Source: Armatimonadota bacterium
GTDB lineage: Bacteria; Armatimonadota; SYMT01
DNA length: 64,000 nt
NCBI GenBank assembly: GCA_046292385.1
Contig: JBKBRF010000019.1
Location: 1-64,000 of the forward strand
Direction: 5' to 3'
The notes under the pieces were generated by a model. The model worked only from the letters and a program-made list of their open reading frames with translations, was not told the DNA's origin and did no database searches. Position numbers and translations under genes: made by a program. Shown in pieces: positions 56,735 through 64,000 of this stretch. Within the stretch, counting starts at the first letter, position 1; the number at the start of each line of letters is the position of its first letter.

Positions 56735-57589
56735 CTACGGGGCGGGGTCGAGGACCAGCATGTCGTAGACCTGCTGTCCTGGGATGGTGAACTGACGGCG
56801 CGGCTTCCAGGTGGCGGGGTCTAACTCCACGATCCCGCACTCCATCCGAGAGCGGGTGAGCAGCTTCTGGAGCGGCGTCTGCTTCTTCTTCCAGCCGCTG
56901 ATGCCCACGTAGGCCATGCCCTCTGTGAAAACGAGGGCGCGGACGAAGCCGTGGAGGCGGCAGACGACCTCCTTCGACTTCTCCCGCAGGTTCAGCAGCG
57001 TCACCTCGGAGGTGTACGACTCGCAGCAGTAGAGCTGCTCCTCGTGCCAGACGAGGCTGTGCGGCTGGGCGAGCGGCTCGTAGAGCACCTGGTAGCCGCC
57101 GGTCTCCCAGTCGAGCCGCAGCACCTTACCTTCGTAGGCCCAGGCGTCGGTCTCGTTCTTCTCCTGGCGCCGTCCGGGGGAGAGGGTGAAGATCGTCAGC
57201 AGGAGCTGTCCGTTCACCTGCGCCAGGCAGTTGGCGTGGCAGACGTCGTCTTCCTGGCGGATGATCTGCAGGTCGTCGACCGGCCGCAGCTCGCGGTCGA
57301 AGCGCGCGATCCGGTTCGAGTCGCTTGCCACCAGGTAGAAGTGGTCGTCGATCCAGCGGAAGTCGTGGGCGCCGTGGAGCGCGGTATCGCCGATCGGCGT
57401 CACTTCCCAGCTCTCCGGCGCCAGGCGCCAGACGAAGCCGCGCGTGCCGACCACGTAATAACCGTCCGGCCCCCGGGTGATGCCGCGGCTCGGCTGCTCG
57501 GTGAGGCGGGTCAGCTCGGAGGTGTCGGCGTCGAGGAGGTAGACGCCGCCCTCGTCCGGGGTGAAATTGGTGATGAGCAGTCGCGCCAT
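56735..57589 (-). CDS. DUF4915-like beta-propeller protein, paralog 1
   Basis: RGITRG, AHDF, DDVCHANC, QPHSL, CCESY and GFVRAL motifs. Confidence 0.75.
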   Translation of the reverse strand: MARLLITNFTPDEGGVYLLDADTSELTRLTEQPSRGITRGPDGYYVVGTRGFVWRLAPESWEVTPIGDTALHGAHDFRWIDDHFYLVASDSNRIARFDRELRPVDDLQIIRQEDDVCHANCLAQVNGQLLLTIFTLSPGRRQEKNETDAWAYEGKVLRLDWETGGYQVLYEPLAQPHSLVWHEEQLYCCESYTSEVTLLNLREKSKEVVCRLHGFVRALVFTEGMAYVGISGWKKKQTPLQKLLTRSRMECGIVELDPATWKPRRQFTIPGQQVYDMLVLDPAP

Positions 57590-57592
57590 CCG

Positions 57593-58450
57593 CTACGCCT
57601 CGTCCACGATCAGCAGCTCGTAGACCTGCCGGCCGGGGATGCGGAAGTCGCGGCGCGGCTTCCAGGTGCGGGCGTCCAGCTCCACCACGCCGCAGGGGAT
57701 GCGGAAGCGGGCGAGGAGACGGTCGAGCAGCGGGCCTTCGTTGTTCTTGCGCTGGCTGATGCCAATGAAGACGCTGTCGCCGTGGAAGGCGATGCCGCGG
57801 GCGAACCCGTGCATCCGGCGCAGGAGCTTCTTCGTCTTCGACTTCAGGTCGAGGATCGAGACCTCGGAGGTGAGCGACTCGCAGCAGTAGAGCTGCTCCC
57901 CGTGCCAGACCAGGCTGTGCGGCTGGCAGAGCGGCTCGTACACGATCTCGAAGCTCTTCGTCTCCCAGTCGAGCCGGAGCACCTTGCCCTCGCGGAACCA
58001 GACCGGCGTGGTGTTCTTCTCCTGCCGCCGCCCCGGGGAGAGGGTGAAGATGCTCAGGAGCAGGTGACCGTTCGCCGCCTCGATGCAGTTGGCGTGGCAG
58101 ATGTCGTCATCGCTCTGCACCACCCGCAGCTCGTCCAGCACGTTCAGGCTGCTGTCCAGCCGCACCACCCGGTTGCCGGTGCTCGCCACCAGGTAGAACT
58201 CGTCGCCTACCGCGCGGAGGTCGTGGCACGCCTGGTACGGGGTGGCACAGCGCTGGGTCACTTTCCACGTGGCGGGATCGAGGTGGCAGATGATGCCGTC
58301 CGGCTCGATGAAGTAGATCCCGTCCCGCCCGCGGGTGATGCCGTTCACGCGGCGGTCGTAGAGCCGGCGCAGGCCGCCGGTCTCGGTCTCGAGCAGGTAG
58401 ACCCCCGCCTCGGAGCCGCGGGTGTGGTTCGTCACCAGGATGCGTGGCAT
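57593..58450 (-). CDS. DUF4915-like beta-propeller protein, paralog 2
   Basis: CHDL, DDICHANC, QPHSL and GFARGI motifs. Confidence 0.75.
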   Translation of the reverse strand: MPRILVTNHTRGSEAGVYLLETETGGLRRLYDRRVNGITRGRDGIYFIEPDGIICHLDPATWKVTQRCATPYQACHDLRAVGDEFYLVASTGNRVVRLDSSLNVLDELRVVQSDDDICHANCIEAANGHLLLSIFTLSPGRRQEKNTTPVWFREGKVLRLDWETKSFEIVYEPLCQPHSLVWHGEQLYCCESLTSEVSILDLKSKTKKLLRRMHGFARGIAFHGDSVFIGISQRKNNEGPLLDRLLARFRIPCGVVELDARTWKPRRDFRIPGRQVYELLIVDEA

Positions 58451-58463
58451 GTGGGGCTGTGGG

Positions 58464-59369
58464 TCAGGCGGAGGGGGCGCCGTCGAGGAGGCGCACGTCG
58501 TAGATGTCCGAGCCGGGGATCGGGATCTTGCGCTTCACCTTCCAGGTGCGGGAGTCGAGCACCAGCAGCCCGGAGAAGGGGAAGAACTTGTCGTAGATCC
58601 GGCGGAAGAGGGGGAGGGTCTTCAGCCGCGCGCGGTCGCGGATCTGGAGAAGGCAGGCGCCGACCGCCAGCTCGTCCGGACCGAAGGCCAGGCCGCGAAG
58701 GAAGCCGCGGTACTGGCCCAGGTGCTTCGCCTTATGGTTCTGGAGGTCGACCCAGGTGAGGCTGGAGGTGTGGGACTCCACCAGGTAGATGCCGCCGTCC
58801 CGCGGGATCAGGCTGTGCGGCTGCGCGAGCGGCTCGAAGCGGACTTCCCACTTCTTGCGCTCCCAGTCCAGCTTCAGGATCTTGCCGGAGCGGTGCCAGG
58901 CACCGGTGAACCGCTTTTCCTTCCGCTCGCCGGGGCTCAGGGTGAAGATCGAAAGGTAGATCTCGCCGTCGATCACCGTCAGGCAGTTCGGGTGACAGAC
59001 GTCGCGGTCGTCCTCGATCACCTGGAAGCGGTCGACCATTCGGCACTGCTCGTCCAGGCGCACCACCTGGTTGCCGACGCTCGCCACCAGGTAGAAATAG
59101 CCGTCGTGCCACATCAGGTCGTGGCAGTCGCCCAGCGGGTAGCGGGCTACCTCTTCGGTCTTCCAGGTCTGCAGGTCAAGGCGGTGGACCACCGACTCGC
59201 CCTCTTGCGGATCCCGGTAGCCGGAAACCACGTAGTAGCAGCCGTCCGGTCCCAGGGTCATCCCCCGGAAGGAGCCGCTCATGACGCGCTTGACGTGACC
59301 GGTGCTCGAGTCGGCGAGGTAGACTCCGCCTTCTTCCCGGTTGGAGCTGGTAATGAGATAGCGGGGCAT
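58464..59369 (-). CDS. DUF4915-like beta-propeller protein, paralog 3
   Basis: CHDL, DVCHPNC, QPHSL and GFLRGL motifs; start at MPRYLIT by paralog alignment. Confidence 0.75.
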   Translation of the reverse strand: MPRYLITSSNREEGGVYLADSSTGHVKRVMSGSFRGMTLGPDGCYYVVSGYRDPQEGESVVHRLDLQTWKTEEVARYPLGDCHDLMWHDGYFYLVASVGNQVVRLDEQCRMVDRFQVIEDDRDVCHPNCLTVIDGEIYLSIFTLSPGERKEKRFTGAWHRSGKILKLDWERKKWEVRFEPLAQPHSLIPRDGGIYLVESHTSSLTWVDLQNHKAKHLGQYRGFLRGLAFGPDELAVGACLLQIRDRARLKTLPLFRRIYDKFFPFSGLLVLDSRTWKVKRKIPIPGSDIYDVRLLDGAPSA

Positions 59370-59454
59370 TCTAAACCAGGGCTCCCGACCGCCGCGACCT
59401 GGCACGCGTTGAGCGTACCGGTCGCCGGACTGCGCGGGGGGTAGCGAACGACCA

Positions 59455-59483
59455 ATTATAAGAGCTGAGCCGGGCCGGAGCAA
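59455..59483 (-). promoter_or_regulatory. Sigma70 promoter of the leftward three-paralog operon
   Basis: Minus strand TTGCTC, 17 bp spacer, TATAAT; a divergent TACAAT lies at 59532-59537. Confidence 0.65.
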
Positions 59484-59605
59484 GCAAACTGCGGCTTCCG
59501 TGCCGCTTGCGCTGGAGACCTTCCCTTCGGCTACAATAGGGAGCGTCGGCCGGCAAGACGGTAAAGCTCAGCGCCTTCCACCGCTTTCCGCGGCGAGGGG
59601 CACGC

Positions 59606-59734
59606 GATCTCTTGTCGGAGACCGCCAGCTCTCCGAGACGCCATTCGAGTAAGAGTAGGAGAACGAGTAGGAGTAGGAGTGCCCGTACCGGGAGGTTCGG
59701 ATTCATCCCTCATCGTTCATCCTTCATCCCTTTA
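59606..59734 (-). repeat. Intergenic modular repeat copy A4 (GGGATGA arm, CCGAACC, CCTACT core)
   Basis: Arm matches copy A1 (1911-1951); core matches copy A2 (4123-4217). Confidence 0.8.
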
Positions 59735-59781
59735 CGGCTTACGAACGAAGTAGCTGAAAGCACCCGTAGTCCCCCCCGCCC

Positions 59782-60630
59782 ATGCCCTCTCTGCTCACTA
59801 CCAGCCACACGCCGGCGCACGGCGGGGTCTTTCTGCTGAACACGGAGACCGCAGAGACCCGCAAGATCCTCGACGTGCCGTGCCGGGGCATCACGCGGGG
59901 ACCGGACGGCTACTACACCGTCGAGAACTTCGGCGTGGTCCACTACCTCGACCCGAAGACCTGGCAGCCGGTGCGCCGGGCGGAGACCGGGTACGCCTGG
60001 TGCCACGATCTCAAGTGGTTCGGCGGCTACTTCTACCTGGTGGCCAGCAAGGGCAACTGGGTGGTACGGCTCGACAGCGACTTCCGCGAGCTCGACCGGA
60101 TGCAGATCGTGGAGAGCGACGACGACGTCTGCCACGCCAACTGCATCGAGGAGATGGACGGCGAGCTGATCCTGAGCATCTTCACCCTGGTGCCCGGGAA
60201 GCGGGAGGAGAAGAACGGCTCCCACCCGTGGCGGCACGACGGCAAGGTGCTCCGGCTCGACTGGCAGCGCCGCGGCTACGAGGTGCTCCACGAGCCGCTC
60301 TCCCAGCCGCACAGCCTGAACTGGCGGGACGGGCAGATCTACTGCTGCGAGTCCTACACGTCGAAGCTCTCCGTCATTCCCGGCGGGGGCCAGCGCCACC
60401 GCACGCTGCGGAAGCTGAACGGCTTCGTGCGCGGCCTCACCTTCGACGGAGACCGGGCCTTCGTCGGCGTGACCCGCCGCCGGCTGGAGCACTACCACCC
60501 CATGGTGCGCTGGTGGGCCCGCCTCACTCGCTGGTGCGGGGTGCTGGAGATGGACGCCAACACCTGGAAGCCGCTCCGACGCTACCCGCTGCCGAGCCGG
60601 CAGGTCTATGACCTGACCGTCGTGCGCTAG
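59782..60630 (+). CDS. DUF4915-like beta-propeller protein, paralog 4
   Basis: RGITRG, CHDL, DDVCHANC, QPHSL and GFVRGL motifs. Confidence 0.75.
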   Translation: MPSLLTTSHTPAHGGVFLLNTETAETRKILDVPCRGITRGPDGYYTVENFGVVHYLDPKTWQPVRRAETGYAWCHDLKWFGGYFYLVASKGNWVVRLDSDFRELDRMQIVESDDDVCHANCIEEMDGELILSIFTLVPGKREEKNGSHPWRHDGKVLRLDWQRRGYEVLHEPLSQPHSLNWRDGQIYCCESYTSKLSVIPGGGQRHRTLRKLNGFVRGLTFDGDRAFVGVTRRRLEHYHPMVRWWARLTRWCGVLEMDANTWKPLRRYPLPSRQVYDLTVVR

Positions 60631-60644
60631 CCGAGACGACTCCG

Positions 60645-61469
60645 ATGCGCCCTGTCGAGAAGCAGCAAGACCTGCGGACCGTGGTCCACACCACGTGGGA
60701 GAAGTTCGCGTTCCGGTACGGCATCCGGTCGCGGGCCAAGCTGCACCTGCCGGACTTCCTGGGGATCGGCGCGCAGAAAGCGGGCACCACCTGGCTGGAC
60801 CGGAACATGCGCGCGCACCCGGACCTGTTCCTCACCAGCCCCAAGGAGCTCCACTACTTCGACCTCCACTTCCACGAGAGCCTGAAGGAGTACTCGCGGA
60901 AGCTGCGGCCGGGGCTGGGGAAGGTCCGCGGCGAGATCACCCCCGGTTACAGCACCCTCACCCGCTCCCGCGTGCGCTTCATCCGCGCGCTGATGCCGGA
61001 CCTGCGCCTCCTGTTCCTGATGCGGAACCCGGTAGACCGGGCGTGGTCGCAGGCGATGATGACGCTGGTCAGCAAGCCGGGCCGGCCGTTCGAGAGCGTG
61101 AAGGAGGCGGAGCTGCTGGAGTTCTTCCGCTCCCCCGCCTGCCGGCTCCGCGGCAACTACCTGCGGACGCTGCGGATCTGGGAGAGCACCTTCCCCAAGG
61201 ACCAGCTCTACGTCGGCTTCTACGAAGACATCAAGCAGCGCCCCCAGGAGCTGCTGCGGGAGGTCTTCCGCCACGTCGGCGTGCGTGAGGAGGTCGATTG
61301 GGACTCGATGCCGTACCGGGAGGTAATCCACCGCGGCGCCGGCATCCCGATGCCTCCGCGCATCCGGGAGGCGCTGGGGGCGCTCTACGCGCCGGAGATC
61401 GAGCGGCTCTACCAGCGCTTCGGCGACCGGGTGGCGGGATGGCGGGTGCGGACTCCCGCCGGGCGCTAA
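60645..61469 (+). CDS. PAPS-dependent sulfotransferase
   Basis: 5'-PSB loop GAQKAGTTWL, KELHYF and 3'-PB RNPVDRAWS motifs. Confidence 0.9.
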   Translation: MRPVEKQQDLRTVVHTTWEKFAFRYGIRSRAKLHLPDFLGIGAQKAGTTWLDRNMRAHPDLFLTSPKELHYFDLHFHESLKEYSRKLRPGLGKVRGEITPGYSTLTRSRVRFIRALMPDLRLLFLMRNPVDRAWSQAMMTLVSKPGRPFESVKEAELLEFFRSPACRLRGNYLRTLRIWESTFPKDQLYVGFYEDIKQRPQELLREVFRHVGVREEVDWDSMPYREVIHRGAGIPMPPRIREALGALYAPEIERLYQRFGDRVAGWRVRTPAGR

Positions 61470-61475
61470 CGAGTC

Positions 61476-62546
61476 ATGGACGTTCGCCCAGATACCTCCG
61501 GGGCGGTCGACACGCCGGTTCACCGGGACCGCGTCACCGTCGTGCTGCCTACCTACAACCGGCGCGCCAGCCTGCTGCGCTGCCTGGAGGCGCTGCTCGC
61601 CTGCGACCGGCGCGGGGTCGAAGTGACGGTGCGGATCGTCGACGACGGCTCCACGGACGGCACCGAGGCGGCCGTCCAGGAGCTGCGGGAGCGGTGCCCG
61701 GAAGGGTTTACGCTGGTCTACCACCGGCAGCGCAACCAGGGGCCGAGCGCGGCCCGGAACCTGGCGATCCGCGAGTCGGAGACCGACCTGATCCTCTTCA
61801 TCGATGACGACTGCATCCCGGAGCCGGGCTGGATTTCCGCGCTGGTAGGAGTGGACTGGGACGCCGGCGTGGGCGCCGCGGCGGGACGCATCGTCTCGCC
61901 GGAGCAGTCGTCGTGGGTCTCCCGCTACTGCCGCCACATCGGGTTCAACGATTTCCCGCCCCGGAGCGGCGTGGTGACCTTTGCGAACACTGCCAACTGC
62001 GCCTACCGGCGAGCTGCGCTGTTGGAGGTGGAGGGCCTGGAGGAGCGGGTCTCCGGCGGCGGGGAGGACCAGGACCTCACCCATCGGGTGGTGCTGCTCG
62101 GCTACCGCCTGGCCTACGCTCCGAACGCGGTGGTGCGGCACTTCCACCGGGAAAGTTTTCGGGTGCTGGCGCGCACCTTCTACCACCGCGGCTACCGGAT
62201 GACGATGCGGAAGATCCTGTGGGGACGGCAGGCGCATCCCTCGTGGAAGTGGCTGAAGAAGGAGCTGATCTCGCTCGGACAGGTCGTCGGCACCGTCCGG
62301 AGCGTCCGCGCGGAGGCGCGCCGGCTGCGGGGTGAGGGGATCGAGGCGGGAGACGCGCTCCGCTTTGCCTGGATGGACTGGCTCCGCGAGACTCTCCTGC
62401 AGGCCGGGAAGATCCGGATGATGCTCCACATTCTCCGCGGCAAGCAGCAGGTTGCGCGGACGAGCCGCGGAGTGGCCGGCGACCTGGAGGCGGCGCTGGC
62501 GGCGCGCGCGCCGGGGCAGCTGGTCTCCGGAGAGTCTCATCCATGA
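61476..62546 (+). CDS. Glycosyltransferase family 2
   Basis: VVLPTYNR, VDDGSTD, AARN, FIDDDC and GEDQDL motifs. Confidence 0.9.
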   Translation: MDVRPDTSGAVDTPVHRDRVTVVLPTYNRRASLLRCLEALLACDRRGVEVTVRIVDDGSTDGTEAAVQELRERCPEGFTLVYHRQRNQGPSAARNLAIRESETDLILFIDDDCIPEPGWISALVGVDWDAGVGAAAGRIVSPEQSSWVSRYCRHIGFNDFPPRSGVVTFANTANCAYRRAALLEVEGLEERVSGGGEDQDLTHRVVLLGYRLAYAPNAVVRHFHRESFRVLARTFYHRGYRMTMRKILWGRQAHPSWKWLKKELISLGQVVGTVRSVRAEARRLRGEGIEAGDALRFAWMDWLRETLLQAGKIRMMLHILRGKQQVARTSRGVAGDLEAALAARAPGQLVSGESHP

Positions 62547-63544
62547 GCAGCCTCGACCTCTCCCGCGTCACGGTGATCGTGCCGACCTACAACCGCGCGG
62601 CGAGCCTCCGCCGCTGCGTGGAAGCGCTGCTCCGGTGCGATCCCGGCGGGGCACAGGTGGAGCTGCGGGTCTCCGACGATGGCTCGACGGACGACACGGA
62701 GGCGGTGGTCGCCGATTTGAAAAGGGCCGCACCTCCCGCGTTCCGGGTTCACTACCACCGGGGGGAGAACGGCGGCCAGTCGGCGGCGCGGAACCGTGCC
62801 ATCGCCGCCTCCGATACCGACGTGCTGCTCTTCACCGACGACGACTGCGAGCCGGACCGCGGCTGGATCGCCGCGATGCTCCGCGCCGGCTGGCACCCGG
62901 GCCTGGGGGCGGTCGGCGGCCACCTGGTGGCGGCGGCGCGCGGCAACCGGGTCTCCCGCTACTGCCGGTACATGCGCTACAACGAGTACCCGCCGGACGA
63001 CGCGCCGCCCCGGTTCGTGAACAGCGCCAACTGCGCCTACCTGCGCAGCGCGCTGGTGGAGCTGGGCGGCTACGAGCAGCTCCTGCCGCGGCTGGTGGAC
63101 CAGGACCTCGGCCGCCGCATCGCCCTGGCGGGGTACGAGCTGCGCTACCAGCCGGAAGCACGGGTGGACCACCACCACCGGGAGAGCGTGCGCGTGCTGG
63201 CGCGCGACTACTGGCGCCGCGGCTATTCCAGCATCCTGCGCAACGTAATCTGGGACGCCGAGCTGCCGATTACCCCGGCGCGGATCCGCAGCGAGCGCCG
63301 GACCCTCTACCGCCGCGGCGCGCGGATGCTCCTCGCGCTGCCATTCGAGGTGGTCAAGCTGCCGTTCCAGGGGGTCGCGGTGGGGGACGCGCCGCTCTTC
63401 GCCTACCTGAACTGGCTGCAGTGGGTGCAGGGCCGCGCGGGCCAGATCGCGGTGATGGAGGCGATCCTGGCGGGGGAGCAGTCGACCACCCGCACCGCGC
63501 GCGTGGCGGTTGCGGCAGAATCGGCGGGAGCGGCGTCCTCATGA
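62543..63544 (+). CDS. Glycosyltransferase family 2
   Basis: VIVPTYNR, SDDGSTD and FTDDDC motifs; paralog of the upstream gene. Confidence 0.9.
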   Translation: MSSLDLSRVTVIVPTYNRAASLRRCVEALLRCDPGGAQVELRVSDDGSTDDTEAVVADLKRAAPPAFRVHYHRGENGGQSAARNRAIAASDTDVLLFTDDDCEPDRGWIAAMLRAGWHPGLGAVGGHLVAAARGNRVSRYCRYMRYNEYPPDDAPPRFVNSANCAYLRSALVELGGYEQLLPRLVDQDLGRRIALAGYELRYQPEARVDHHHRESVRVLARDYWRRGYSSILRNVIWDAELPITPARIRSERRTLYRRGARMLLALPFEVVKLPFQGVAVGDAPLFAYLNWLQWVQGRAGQIAVMEAILAGEQSTTRTARVAVAAESAGAASS

Positions 63545-64000
63545 ACAGCGTACCCGTCCAGGACGCGGAGGGGCTCCGGGCAGAAGTCCCGGACCTCCGG
63601 CGGATCACCGTCGTCCTCCCTACCTACAACCGCGCGGAGAGCGTGCGGCGCTGCGTGCTCGGCATCCTCGCCTGCGACGTCGAGGGGCTGGAGGTCGAGC
63701 TGCGGGTGGTGGACGACGGCTCACCGGACAACACCGCGGAGGTGATCGAAGAGGTGCGGCGGCGCTACGACGGCCCGATCCGCCTGGTCTACGACCGCCA
63801 GCCGAACGCGGGCCAGTCGTCCGCGCGCAACCGCGCGATCCGCGCGGCGGAGACCGACGTGCTGCTCTTCATCGACGACGACTGCGTTCCGGATCCCGGC
63901 TGGATCCGCGGGCTGGTGAGCGCGGACTGGTCGCCCGGCGTCGGCGCGGTCGGCGGCAGGCTCGTCGCCGCGCAGAAGGGCAACTGGATCTCCGACTACT
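63541..64000 (+). CDS. Glycosyltransferase family 2, partial (runs off the window)
   Basis: Manual translation MNSVPVQD...VVLPTYNR...VDDGSPD...SARN...FIDDDC; ATGA overlap with the upstream gene. Confidence 0.88.
   Translation, partial: MNSVPVQDAEGLRAEVPDLRRITVVLPTYNRAESVRRCVLGILACDVEGLEVELRVVDDGSPDNTAEVIEEVRRRYDGPIRLVYDRQPNAGQSSARNRAIRAAETDVLLFIDDDCVPDPGWIRGLVSADWSPGVGAVGGRLVAAQKGNWISDY

Overview
A GC-rich (about 70%) bacterial chromosomal segment. It is probably from Armatimonadota, inferred from the [16 protein letters not shown] plus H-X9-DG pilin-like protein. It is mostly housekeeping and cell-envelope genes: cysteine synthase with a JAMM peptidase, tyrS, a GshB-like ATP-grasp with a QEGLA/MATCAP-type peptidase, and a Wzm/Wzt polysaccharide cluster (CDP-sugar enzymes, C-methyltransferase, AT3 acyltransferase, large secreted SGNH protein). 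It also holds mgtE, a CHASE2-type class III cyclase, a hybrid kinase, amtB-glnK, an S8 protease and MoeA-PBP. At the right end are four paralogous DUF4915-like beta-propellers with a sulfotransferase and three GT2 genes. The ORF track misses several things. (1) A glutaredoxin with in-frame UGA in a U-P-P-C motif and a SECIS-like hairpin, a probable selenoprotein, with a structured GGA-rich ncRNA candidate upstream. (2) A roughly 270-nt structured leader with promoter, terminator and antiterminator logic ahead of mgtE, a candidate riboswitch I do not recognise. (3) A family of modular intergenic repeats joined at a CCGAACC motif. (4) A GlnR-like 11-bp-periodic box array before amtB and an IscR-like operator at cysteine synthase. 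(5) Small genes, including a 57-aa Cys-rich basic protein with its own promoter and terminator. No rRNA, tRNA, CRISPR array or transposase gene was seen. All family calls come from motif recognition; no searches were run.
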